A stretch of 43,014 nt of DNA from Promethearchaeota archaeon (GTDB taxonomy: Archaea; Asgardarchaeota; Lokiarchaeia; Sigyniarchaeales; SOKP01). Location of the stretch: NCBI GenBank assembly GCA_048941285.1, contig JBHLNS010000030.1, forward strand, positions 1 to 43,014, written 5' to 3'. Position 1 is the first letter of the stretch, and each line of letters opens with the position of its first letter. The translations under genes and the position numbers were made by a program. Shown here piece after piece: positions 7,473 through 16,585 of the stretch. The notes beneath the pieces were generated by a model. The model made no database searches and had not been told where the DNA came from. It worked only from the letters and a program-made list of their open reading frames with translations.

Positions 7473-8762
7473 TTGCTTGATATTGAATTATTCAGAAAAA
7501 ATCTTGAAGATATAATTGAGTCAGAAAGAAAAAGGTTTAAGGAAACTTCAAATGCGGAAAAAGTTTTAGAATATGATATAAAATGGAGAAATATTTTACA
7601 AGAATTAGAAGATTTAAGAAAAGAAAGAAATGAAATATCAATTAAAATCGGAGAATTTAAAAAATCCGGCAATAAAAAGAAAGCTGCTGAATCGATAGCT
7701 AATTCAAAAAGAATAAAGGATAAAATTGAAGAATTAGAAAAATTGAAAGTCGAATATTTGGAACTGCGAGAAAAATATCGATATAAGGTTGGAAATATCT
7801 TGCACGAATCTGTTCCAACAGGACAAACTGATGAAGACAATGAAATTCTAAGAACTGTTGGGAGTTTACCGAAATTTGATTTTAAACCCCTCTCTCATGT
7901 CGATTTAGTCTCTAAAATTGGAGGAGTAGATACAAAAAAGGCTTCAGAATTAGTTGGATCAAGATTTTACTATTTGAAAGGGGATCTAGTATTTCTTAAT
8001 TTAGCCCTTTTAAAATTTGCTTTGGACAGACTAATAGAAAAGAATTATATTCCTATATGGCCTCCATACTTTACTAAATATGAAGTAATGAAAGCTGCAG
8101 CAGAATTGACAGATTTCGAAGAACAATTATACAAAATTCAAGATGAAGATTTATATATGATTGCTACTTCTGAGCAAACTTTAGCAGCTTATCATTATGA
8201 TGAAATAATCGAACCAGAGAAATTACCAATAAAGTATGCTGGAATTTCCTCATGTTTTAGGAGAGAAGCGGGATCGCATGGAAAAGATACCTTAGGAATT
8301 TTTAGAGTTCATCGATTTGAAAAAGTTGAACAGTTTATTTTCAGTAAACCTGAAGAATCTTGGATTTTTTTTGAAGAATTAATTAATAACGCTGAAGAAT
8401 TGTATAAAGAGTTGAAAATTCCATATAGAATAGCAAATATAGCTTCTGGAGAACTGAATGATAATGCAGCCAAAAAATACGATTTAGAAGCATGGTTCCC
8501 TGCTTCAGAGACATATCGTGAATTAGTATCATGCAGTAATTGTTTAGATTATCAAGCAAGGAAATTAAAAATACGGATGGGAATAGTGGGATCACAACAA
8601 GCAAAAGAGGTTCCGCATACATTAAATTCAACCGCAATCGCAACTGAGCGTACAATTTGTTGTATTCTCGAAAATTATCAAAATAAGGATCATTCAATTA
8701 CAATTCCAGAAGCACTTCAAAAATATATGAATGGTAAAAAAATTATTAAACCAATAAAATAA
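7473..8762 (+). CDS. serS: Seryl-tRNA synthetase (standard class II type)
   Basis: N-terminal coiled coil; IATSEQ, CFRREAG, GIFRVHRFEKVEQF, ELVSCSNC.DYQAR, HTLNSTA.ATER. Confidence 0.97.
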   Translation: MLDIELFRKNLEDIIESERKRFKETSNAEKVLEYDIKWRNILQELEDLRKERNEISIKIGEFKKSGNKKKAAESIANSKRIKDKIEELEKLKVEYLELREKYRYKVGNILHESVPTGQTDEDNEILRTVGSLPKFDFKPLSHVDLVSKIGGVDTKKASELVGSRFYYLKGDLVFLNLALLKFALDRLIEKNYIPIWPPYFTKYEVMKAAAELTDFEEQLYKIQDEDLYMIATSEQTLAAYHYDEIIEPEKLPIKYAGISSCFRREAGSHGKDTLGIFRVHRFEKVEQFIFSKPEESWIFFEELINNAEELYKELKIPYRIANIASGELNDNAAKKYDLEAWFPASETYRELVSCSNCLDYQARKLKIRMGIVGSQQAKEVPHTLNSTAIATERTICCILENYQNKDHSITIPEALQKYMNGKKIIKPIK

Positions 8763-8780
8763 AACTATATAAGAAATAAA

Positions 8781-10013
8781 ATGATTGAAAAAGATCTTGA
8801 AGATTTTGAAGCCTTTTATAAGCAACGCATAAATGCTCAGTATTTTAAAATTAAAAAAGCTACAAAGAAATTAATTCAAGAGATTAGAGAGGATTTAATA
8901 GAAATCAAAGTTTGTTTAGATCATTTCTTAGAAACAGGAAAGGAAAAAATAGATCAAAAAGCTTTAAGGTCATTGAATTTCTTTTCTGACCGTATAAGAA
9001 AAGAAGTTGATGAGATTGAAATCCCTGAAGAAGAACTAAATTATGACACTATAAATGATTTAATAAATTCAGTTAAGAAGTTATTTACTAGTATTAATGA
9101 AATTGCTAGAAAGTCTTTACCGAAGTTTCATAAAGAAGTACAAGCAGAAATTAAAGAATTAAATTATATTACTCGAAAATTAGGGAAGAAGCAAGCGCAA
9201 TTAGACGATTTTATGAGAAAAAAGTATACAGAAGTAAAAGATGCAGAATACTTACTAAAGAAATTGCCAAAACTCTATAATCTTAAGGATAATATCGAAC
9301 ATGCTAAAGTAGATTTGGATAAATTTGAGGAAGAATTGGAGGAGCGTAATAGGAACCAGGAAATTCTAAATTCAAAGCTAATAGAGATTGAACAAAATGA
9401 TCTTTTTAAAGAGTTGGATGCTGAAAAAGATACGTTATTTCAATTACAATTAAAAATCAATGATGAAATTGGGTTTAAAAAAGCCTTAAAGAAATTAAAG
9501 TTTGAATTAGAAAAAGGATCTATTCATATTTCAAATATTGATTTAAATTATATGAGGGATTTTCTTAAAAATCCGATTAGAATGTTGATCGATGAGCGTA
9601 GAGATTTACCAAAGTTTACTGCTCTTATGGTCCAATTGCGTCATGCATTGGAAGAAAATAAACTTAATCTTAAAACTGAAACGAAAGAAAAAACAATTGA
9701 CCAGATAAATACCATTTTTGATGAAAAGCAATTACAGGCAAATATTGAAAATTATTTGGAAATTGAAAATAAAATTAAAGCTTTAGAAAAAAAAATTGAA
9801 GATGCCGGACTGGCTCAAAAATTAGAAGATGTGAAAAATCAAATTTCTTCAAATACTATTAAACTTGAGCATATTGAGGCAGATTTTAGTAGAAAAAATA
9901 AGGATTATACAAGATACCTCAATGCTCTTAAAACTGAAAGAGAAGAATTCCAAAACTCAGTTGAAGACGTATTAAAAGAACAAATAAAAATTAATATAAC
10001 TTTTTCATTCTAA
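8781..10013 (+). CDS. Coiled-coil hypothetical protein (410 aa)
   Basis: Long K/E/L-rich helical ORF, 18 nt after serS; no catalytic motif seen. Confidence 0.75.
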   Translation: MIEKDLEDFEAFYKQRINAQYFKIKKATKKLIQEIREDLIEIKVCLDHFLETGKEKIDQKALRSLNFFSDRIRKEVDEIEIPEEELNYDTINDLINSVKKLFTSINEIARKSLPKFHKEVQAEIKELNYITRKLGKKQAQLDDFMRKKYTEVKDAEYLLKKLPKLYNLKDNIEHAKVDLDKFEEELEERNRNQEILNSKLIEIEQNDLFKELDAEKDTLFQLQLKINDEIGFKKALKKLKFELEKGSIHISNIDLNYMRDFLKNPIRMLIDERRDLPKFTALMVQLRHALEENKLNLKTETKEKTIDQINTIFDEKQLQANIENYLEIENKIKALEKKIEDAGLAQKLEDVKNQISSNTIKLEHIEADFSRKNKDYTRYLNALKTEREEFQNSVEDVLKEQIKINITFSF

Positions 10014-10014
10014 A

Positions 10015-10749
10015 TCATAATTTTCTTCTGCCAATTTTAAAACTTCTATTATTATTAGCATCTATTTTTTTGAGCGCTATTTTTAAATTATTTTGTAAAA
10101 ATCTAAAGACATCAGTATCCCTTAAATTAAAGACTTTTAGGTATTCATATCCTAAAACCAAATCTTGTTTAATATCTATATCAAATCCCGCTCTAAAAGA
10201 GTCATAAACAGCAATTTTATTTATGCCTTTCTTAGATGCATTATTAAGCAAGGCTACTAAAGAAGGAGTATTTGGATCTGAAAAATAGGATGAAATGATA
10301 TTAGGTGGGTTCCTTGCAAGAATTGAAATCCCTGCGGAATGAATAGCGGGGCAAATTACTAATTGATTCTCTTGGATTAATTCATTAATTTCATAAAAAT
10401 TTTTTGAGGATACTAATATTAAATCCAAAAAAGAAAACACTGTTTGCCTTGCATCATATTTTTTTATTGCAATATTATTAAGATCTTCTATGACCTCATC
10501 AAATGATTTAAGGGGGGATGTTAATTCCTCTTTTATCCCAATTAAATCATAATCTCTAGCAAGCTCCAATATTTCAGGAGTGTTGCAATATACAATCTTT
10601 TGATCGAAACAAGCTACATCTTTCAATGTCTTTCCAAGATCCTTAAACATAGCAATTGTTAAATCTTTTAACTGTTTATTGGAGAAACAATCTCTAAGGC
10701 GAGATTTTGTCCTTGTCAACGGAGCCACGGGAATAAGTAAAATACTCAT
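10015..10749 (-). CDS. cofC: 2-phospho-L-lactate/PEP guanylyltransferase (F420 biosynthesis)
   Basis: LIPV....TKSRL...F......L...M..D N-terminus and FDID...DL C-terminal motif. Confidence 0.85.
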   Translation of the reverse strand: MSILLIPVAPLTRTKSRLRDCFSNKQLKDLTIAMFKDLGKTLKDVACFDQKIVYCNTPEILELARDYDLIGIKEELTSPLKSFDEVIEDLNNIAIKKYDARQTVFSFLDLILVSSKNFYEINELIQENQLVICPAIHSAGISILARNPPNIISSYFSDPNTPSLVALLNNASKKGINKIAVYDSFRAGFDIDIKQDLVLGYEYLKVFNLRDTDVFRFLQNNLKIALKKIDANNNRSFKIGRRKL

Positions 10750-10836
10750 AGTGTAAGTTTATTTAACCTTAAAACCAAGATCTAGTAAAAGTATTATTTT
10801 CAAAAATGTGTTTTAGAATTTAAGATTATGTAGATC

Positions 10837-11394
10837 TTATTTAAAAGTGTTTAAAATCTGAACAGATAAACTCTCAAAGGCTTCATCTACATTCTCATTT
10901 AATTTCGCGGAGGTTTCAAAATATTTTACTCCAACCATTTTTATTTTATTTTCAATAACTTCTTTATCTACTTTTCTTGATAAATCTCTTTTATTTCCCA
11001 CTATAATATATGGTACGTTTCCACTTAACTCTTTCAATTTTTCTATCCAAAAGTCAATATTTTCATAGGAAGATATTTTATCTAAGGAAAAAATTACCAT
11101 CGCACCAACCGCTTGAACAAAATAATATTCGTTAGCCCATAATTTATCTGTTTGCCCTCCAATATCCCAAAAGTAAAGTTTAAAACCTTTATCTTTAATA
11201 TCCTTCTTTAATTTTGGATTTTTTATATCCAATTGATCTAAAATCTTAGTTAAATCAATTTCTTTAATTAGAAAATTAGCTCCTATGGTTTGATGATATT
11301 CTTCACTAAATTGGTCATCAACATATTGAGCTAATAGGCTAGTCTTGCCAACACCTGCGTCTCCGAGTAATATAACCTTTCCACGATAAGACAT
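10837..11394 (-). CDS. Rab-like small GTPase
   Basis: G1 GDAGVGKT, G2 TIGANF, G3 WDIGGQ, G4 GNKRD, G5 ETSAK; no C-terminal Cys. Confidence 0.93.
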   Translation of the reverse strand: MSYRGKVILLGDAGVGKTSLLAQYVDDQFSEEYHQTIGANFLIKEIDLTKILDQLDIKNPKLKKDIKDKGFKLYFWDIGGQTDKLWANEYYFVQAVGAMVIFSLDKISSYENIDFWIEKLKELSGNVPYIIVGNKRDLSRKVDKEVIENKIKMVGVKYFETSAKLNENVDEAFESLSVQILNTFK

Positions 11395-11488
11395 AACGCT
11401 TTTCCCCCATTTTCGTAAAAATATATTTATCTTTTTGACTTTAAATTATATATTTTTTTTATTATTTATTTTTAATTAATTAAAGAAT

Positions 11489-12331
11489 TTAATCTAGGGT
11501 TTTTTTAGGGCGTGTTAATTGTATTAATTTACATTCACTTGTAATAAAATGTTTGAATAAATGTTCATATCCTACAAGTTGTTTTGAGGTACCGTTTTCT
11601 AGCCATAACCCTGAAGTATATTCAGGCGCCTCTCTAACACTATCTAAGGTTGTAAGCAAAAATTGATTATCAGTTATTAATAATCCAAAAGGAATAACAC
11701 TATCCCCTTCAATTGAGTGAATAGTTATTGATATTTTTAGCAATTTTTTTATTTCTTCTTTTAAGAGTTCATTATATTTTAACGCTATTACAATTTGAAC
11801 ATCAGAAGAGAATTTTTTATTCCACAGTTCTTTTAGCACCCAATCATATCCTCCTAATTCTTGCATGAGCAAATCGGGTGTAATTATAAAAAAAATCCTT
11901 TCACTAGCAGAAATTATCAATTCTTTTATTTTTTTCCTGATTTTCGATCGAGAACTTATTGACCAGACTCTAGGTTCGGATTCTTCTTTATTGATTTCTA
12001 AATCACCAATGATTTTTTCTAATGTTAAAGTATCCTCAATCTTTTCTTTATATTCTTCACGAATGACTTTAAAGATTCTTTCTATCGGAATTACTTGATA
12101 ATTTGCGCCTCTTTTAATTGGTTCTTTTTGAATAAAACCTTTTTCCATTAATCTATTCAACGAATCATACACCCTTGCGCGATCAACACCTGAATATTTA
12201 GCAATATCTGCGGGACTAAGGATCTTGAACTTGCATAATGTGAGTAAGACTTTAGAATCATTTTTAGTAAATCCTAAAGATTGCAGAGATTCTTCAATTT
12301 CTGATTCATCCAAATTTTTCAATTTCGACAT
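11489..12331 (-). CDS. TrmB-family transcriptional regulator
   Basis: N-terminal wHTH (LGFT..DSKV...ADIAKYSGVDRARVYDSLNRL..KGFI) plus C-terminal PLD-like effector domain. Confidence 0.88.
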   Translation of the reverse strand: MSKLKNLDESEIEESLQSLGFTKNDSKVLLTLCKFKILSPADIAKYSGVDRARVYDSLNRLMEKGFIQKEPIKRGANYQVIPIERIFKVIREEYKEKIEDTLTLEKIIGDLEINKEESEPRVWSISSRSKIRKKIKELIISASERIFFIITPDLLMQELGGYDWVLKELWNKKFSSDVQIVIALKYNELLKEEIKKLLKISITIHSIEGDSVIPFGLLITDNQFLLTTLDSVREAPEYTSGLWLENGTSKQLVGYEHLFKHFITSECKLIQLTRPKKTLD

Positions 12332-12858
12332 ACAAAAAATAAATTCTATGGATCGATTATTTTTTTTTAATAATCTAATTTAAGATTTAATATTTTAACT
12401 TTTATATTTGAAAAAATCATAAAATTACATTATTTTAAGTTTTAAGGTTTCCAAACTTTTTCTATTTTTCTATTAGATTTTTAAGTATTAATAGATAATA
12501 AAAAAAAATGATATATTTTAATTTTTCACAGATATACTTACTGAATATTTAACACGAGTAAAAATAAAGAAAAAACAGAGTTCGGTGCTTTAGGAGGTCA
12601 AATTTAGAATTTTTCTAATTCTCAATTCATTAAAATTTTAACATAATTAATTAGTGATTAATAAATTATTAACTGGATCAATTGGATTATTGAGAATAGT
12701 AAATTTTCAAAATATAAAGAAACTACGGCTTTATTAAATAAAAATTAAAATTTGTTTTTAGTCGGAAAAATTAATATCAAATTAATAAAACGATCTCATT
12801 TTCGATTCAGTTGATCTCTTAGTGCTCTTTCATAACAGTATTGATTCCAATCATAACA

Positions 12859-12937
12859 TTTATATAATAGAAATGTGTAGTTATACTTAATTAACATCTA
12901 AAAAATAAACTAAAATAAACTAAATAAAGAGTGGAGG
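12859..12937 (+). promoter_or_regulatory. Putative promoter (TATA box) and SD for the histone gene
   Basis: TTTATATA at 12859-12866; GGAGG at 12933-12937, 7 nt before ATG 12945. Confidence 0.5.
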
Positions 12938-12944
12938 AATAAAT

Positions 12945-13178
12945 ATGGCTAAAAAGAAAGCACCTGCTAAGAAATCTGAAGGATATATTGCCAAAGCTCC
13001 AATTAGACGCTTAATGAAAAAAGAGGGAGCTGATCTCGTAGCAGCAGAAGCACTAGATAAATTAATTGACTTCCTTGAAAAGAGTGCTGCCACAGCAACT
13101 AAAGAAGCTATTAAAGTTTGTAAAGCTGATAAACGTAAGCGAGTTACTGCAGCAGATATTCGAAACGCTACAAGATAA
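12945..13178 (+). CDS. Archaeal histone with lysine-rich N-terminal tail
   Basis: Histone fold APIRRLMK..GA..V...A...L...LE......KEAIK.....RKRVTAADI preceded by MAKKKAPAKKSEG. Confidence 0.92.
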   Translation: MAKKKAPAKKSEGYIAKAPIRRLMKKEGADLVAAEALDKLIDFLEKSAATATKEAIKVCKADKRKRVTAADIRNATR

Positions 13179-13205
13179 AGGCTTCAGATTTGTATAATTA
13201 AGAAA

Positions 13206-13220
13206 TTTTTTTTCCTTTTT
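13206..13220 (+). terminator. Oligo-T terminator after histone gene
   Basis: T-rich run TTTTTTTTCCTTTTT about 27 nt after the stop. Confidence 0.45.
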
Positions 13221-13223
13221 ATT

Positions 13224-13751
13224 TTAATAATTCTTGAAGAATTCTTTTGTTAGATATTTTTTGATGTTCATTTCTAACTTCTTTTTAACAGCATCTAATC
13301 CTTCTGGTAATACACGCGTTTCAGCTACAATATCTATGAATCCTAATTCTGAACCATATCTGGGCACTAAATGAAAATGTAAATGTTCAATACTACCTCC
13401 TGCATCCTTTCCTTGATTTATACCTACATTATAACCTTTAGGATTGTATAAATCATTTAATAATAATTGTAAGCCTTGAATTGTGCGAAAGATATGCAGA
13501 ATTTCAGATCTGGTAAGTTCGAGGATTTTTGTTTTGTGCTCTTTGGTAGCAACCATTAAATGGGCGGGATTATATGGATAAAGATTAAGCACTACAAAAC
13601 AAATATTATCCTCATAAATTTTGAGAGAGGTAACTCTTTCATCATTATCACTCACTGCACAAAGAATACAATCAACTTTTGGTCTTGCCTTTCCTTGAAC
13701 GTAATCTAACTTCCCGAGTGCTTGTAGCCATTTCTTAAAAATTATCTTCAC
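13224..13751 (-). CDS. HIT-family nucleotide hydrolase (Ap4A phosphorylase/Fhit-like)
   Basis: CxxC, LNLYPYNPAHLMV, GYNVGINQG..AGGSIEHLHFHLVPR. Confidence 0.92.
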   Translation of the reverse strand: MKIIFKKWLQALGKLDYVQGKARPKVDCILCAVSDNDERVTSLKIYEDNICFVVLNLYPYNPAHLMVATKEHKTKILELTRSEILHIFRTIQGLQLLLNDLYNPKGYNVGINQGKDAGGSIEHLHFHLVPRYGSELGFIDIVAETRVLPEGLDAVKKKLEMNIKKYLTKEFFKNY

Positions 13752-13771
13752 CGATTGATTTAAGATTAGAA

Positions 13772-14320
13772 TTATGAATAGAGAGAAAAATTAGAGTCAG
13801 AATCGAATTCTTTTGATTTCAAAAAGTCCTCTGGTTTTATTTTGCCAGCACAATATTCTGATAAAATTATATTACTATAAGCAGCACAATTAAAAACCTT
13901 TCGAACTGATGTAAAAAAAGAATTTTTGGAAATTTGTTCTTCATTATCAAGAAAATATTGATCTATTATTTCGTATCTGTTATTCTTTATATCTATTCGA
14001 AAAAAAACATCTCTTAAAAGAAAGGACTTTCTTAAATCTATAAAAAAATTCAATTTTTTATTGTTTTCTAAAGAATCCAAAGCTTTTACATGAGGATCCG
14101 AAATTTGAATGCCTAAACTCACAATAACTAAATTTTTATTTTTAGGCTGAAAGACTACCATAGTTCTACCAACAGGGCGCCCTAATGGATCATTTCCAGG
14201 AGGAAATATGAATTGAAATCCAAAATTTAATTTAGGGTCTGATATTTTTTCTCGTAATAATCCTTCATCTAATAAATAATCGTGGATTAAATCCTTGATT
14301 TTACTCTCTTTACTCGACAT
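13772..14320 (-). CDS. Conserved archaeal protein, DUF2299-like
   Basis: I.DYL.DEGL...F.F...FP...V.QPK...I..H pattern recalled for DUF2299; family call not verified. Confidence 0.6.
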   Translation of the reverse strand: MSSKESKIKDLIHDYLLDEGLLREKISDPKLNFGFQFIFPPGNDPLGRPVGRTMVVFQPKNKNLVIVSLGIQISDPHVKALDSLENNKKLNFFIDLRKSFLLRDVFFRIDIKNNRYEIIDQYFLDNEEQISKNSFFTSVRKVFNCAAYSNIILSEYCAGKIKPEDFLKSKEFDSDSNFSLYS

Positions 14321-14417
14321 AATAATTCAGTAAGGATAGGAATGAATTGAATTTTATATTATTTTTCCAATAGAAAATAAAATTCTGCTTTTATCAAGTT
14401 ATAAGAAAATGCGAAAT

Positions 14418-14771
14418 CTAATATTTACCCTTCGGTCTTGGTTGAGGTTCAATTCCCGCAGATTTTAATACTTTAATATTACTTTCTAAATCTTCTAATG
14501 GAGTACAATATATTACTTGAAGAGATTCCATATCGATGTAGATCTTACCAACAATACCTAAACCCAGTAAATGGTTATCTTTATCAACAAAAGTATGATC
14601 TATGTTCATTTTAATAGCTTGCTTCCCTCCCTCAAGCTCCACTAAAGAGGGTTGACAAGCTGTATACCCAGGCCCTCGATTTCGAAGTAAATAATTCATT
14701 AAGGCAAAATCTAATTCATCATTGATTTCACCTTGCTCTTGAATAATTTTAATTATACTCGGGTCGTCCAT
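14418..14771 (-). CDS. Hypothetical protein (117 aa)
   Basis: Clean ORF; no family recognised. Confidence 0.7.
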   Translation of the reverse strand: MDDPSIIKIIQEQGEINDELDFALMNYLLRNRGPGYTACQPSLVELEGGKQAIKMNIDHTFVDKDNHLLGLGIVGKIYIDMESLQVIYCTPLEDLESNIKVLKSAGIEPQPRPKGKY

Positions 14772-14992
14772 CTCAATAAAATTTCTTTATTTAGATTAAA
14801 ATGAGTAGAACTAGTTTTTATTTTTTTGCTAGATCTAATACTAAATTTTCATAGAATGGAAGAGATTTTTTACATCAAAAGTAAAGAACTTGAAATTTTA
14901 AAATAAAAAAAAAAGAAAAATCGCCTCCATTCTCAAGATTGATTTATAGAATATCTGATTTAGCCAATTTTACAGGATTAAGGCTTATTTTA

Positions 14993-15247
14993 TTAATCTT
15001 TTTCCTCCATTTGCACCTCGTCTACTGAATGGAGGGCACAATTCAACGAACTCAAGACTTCAGTGACAGCATCAAGACTAAGATTAATGCCTTCAATATT
15101 CATATGTAAAGACGCAGTTTTTTGATCTAGCTCATCAACTTTTATGTGAACTCTTGTTACTCCATCAATTTTCATTAAACTACGAGCCAATAAGTCTACT
15201 CCAGGTTGATGTGGTTTTAAAATATCTAGATAATACTCAACTTTCAT
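14993..15247 (-). CDS. DUF211-family protein
   Basis: LDILKPHQP...L....GV..V.I.V.E.D......IEG......HSVDEV. Confidence 0.85.
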   Translation of the reverse strand: MKVEYYLDILKPHQPGVDLLARSLMKIDGVTRVHIKVDELDQKTASLHMNIEGINLSLDAVTEVLSSLNCALHSVDEVQMEEKD

Positions 15248-15322
15248 TATTTTTATTTAAACCCTTGAATATAATTATTCATTAATAGTTTTTGTGGATA
15301 TTTTATAATTTCATTTGTTAAT

Positions 15323-16012
15323 TTATAAAAGTTTCTCAATTTCTTCTATCAATTTTAATGGTATATCTATTTCTTTAATTATTTTGTTCGCTTTTTGGAG
15401 AGATTCAAAGTTAGCTAAATTAGTAAGAACCCCTATAGAATAGGCATCAACATTGATTGCAGCTTCAATATCACGAGCATTATCTCCAATTACTAATATC
15501 TCATCGGCTTTTACATTTAAATGATTACATATTTGTATTAAATGATCTGGATGGGGTTTTAGATTGTTAATATTATCTCTTCCTATAATTATATTGAAAT
15601 AATGTAATAAATTCACTTGTGTGAGAGAGATTTCCGCATTTTTTCGTGTGTTAAAAGTAAAAATAGCTTGTTTTAGATTTCGATTTTTAGCAAACTCTAA
15701 TACTTGGTTTATCCCATTGATCATCGTAGCGTTTATTGCAGCTTCATGTTCTATTTTACTAATCTCAATATCTACTTCTTCTATAATAGCATTTATCTTA
15801 TTCTTAGAAAAACCTTTTCTTTCAAAAAATTCTCTAGCAGATTTCATATTTTCTAATATTGAAATTTGTACGGTAAGAAGATTTTTAGGAACTGCGTATT
15901 TTTTTAGAATTTTGATACATATTCTCCGAGCTTTTATGTAGTCAATTTTAAAATGTATTAGAGTACCATCTAAATCCCAAACAATTGCTTTAATTGGCTT
16001 TTTTATCTGCAT
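15323..16012 (-). CDS. HAD-superfamily phosphatase (phosphoglycolate phosphatase-like)
   Basis: DLDGTL, KPHPD, IGD...DI.AA motifs. Confidence 0.9.
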   Translation of the reverse strand: MQIKKPIKAIVWDLDGTLIHFKIDYIKARRICIKILKKYAVPKNLLTVQISILENMKSAREFFERKGFSKNKINAIIEEVDIEISKIEHEAAINATMINGINQVLEFAKNRNLKQAIFTFNTRKNAEISLTQVNLLHYFNIIIGRDNINNLKPHPDHLIQICNHLNVKADEILVIGDNARDIEAAINVDAYSIGVLTNLANFESLQKANKIIKEIDIPLKLIEEIEKLL

Positions 16013-16585
16013 TTAATATACCAAGTCAGAATAGATTGGCCCCTTTGGAGTTAATTGAGATTTTTTCAGTTTTACCTGACTTATATTAAAAACTCCAAAC
16101 TCCAAATCTTTGTTTTGATTAATTAAATTCTTAAGTGTGTCAAAAGTTTTATAATTTATTTTACCTTTTTTAAGTCTTCCAATTGTTAAGTGAGGTTTGA
16201 ACTCAGATCTTTTATCGCGCTCTATTTTTAATTTATCAAGTAAGTATTCCTCAATAGAATCTTTAACATTTTGTAAGAATTGTATATTACCTACAAGTTT
16301 TATCCATAGAACTGAAAATTTATTAAATTGACCAACACCCTTCAAATGATATTTAAATTCTTTTCCTTGAAACTGTTTTTCATTAATTTCTTCTTGTAAA
16401 ATTTTATAAATTTTAGGTGCTAAATGTTCTGGGATATCTCCTAAAAACTTCATTGTTATATGTAGATTTTCTGGCTCCACAATCTTAATTTTCGGTTGAT
16501 TTTGCTTTAATCTTTGAGAAAATAGGTTTATTTTCTCAATAGTTTCATTATCCTTTAATTCTATCGCTATAAATGTTCTTATCAT
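16013..16585 (-). CDS. thpR: RNA 2',3'-cyclic phosphodiesterase (2H family, LigT/ThpR)
   Basis: MIRTFIAIEL, two HxT motifs (LHITM, PHLTI), S.LTPKGPIY. Start placed at 16585, an ATGA overlap with the upstream stop. Confidence 0.92.
   Translation of the reverse strand: MIRTFIAIELKDNETIEKINLFSQRLKQNQPKIKIVEPENLHITMKFLGDIPEHLAPKIYKILQEEINEKQFQGKEFKYHLKGVGQFNKFSVLWIKLVGNIQFLQNVKDSIEEYLLDKLKIERDKRSEFKPHLTIGRLKKGKINYKTFDTLKNLINQNKDLEFGVFNISQVKLKKSQLTPKGPIYSDLVY

Noticed and set aside
8781-10013. SMC/Rad50 or ESCRT-III assignment for the coiled-coil protein
   Set aside because: No Walker A/B or signature motif, and length and pattern do not specifically match Snf7; left as hypothetical.
12332-12944. 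613-nt AT-rich intergenic region as replication origin or ncRNA locus
   Set aside because: No ORB-like repeats or G-strings, no adjacent cdc6/orc1 and no GC-rich stem; explained as divergent promoters for the TrmB-family and histone genes.
14900-14990. Structured ncRNA downstream of the DUF211 gene
   Set aside because: Only short 5-bp pairings ahead of an oligo-T tract on the minus strand; adequately explained as a 3' UTR and terminator.
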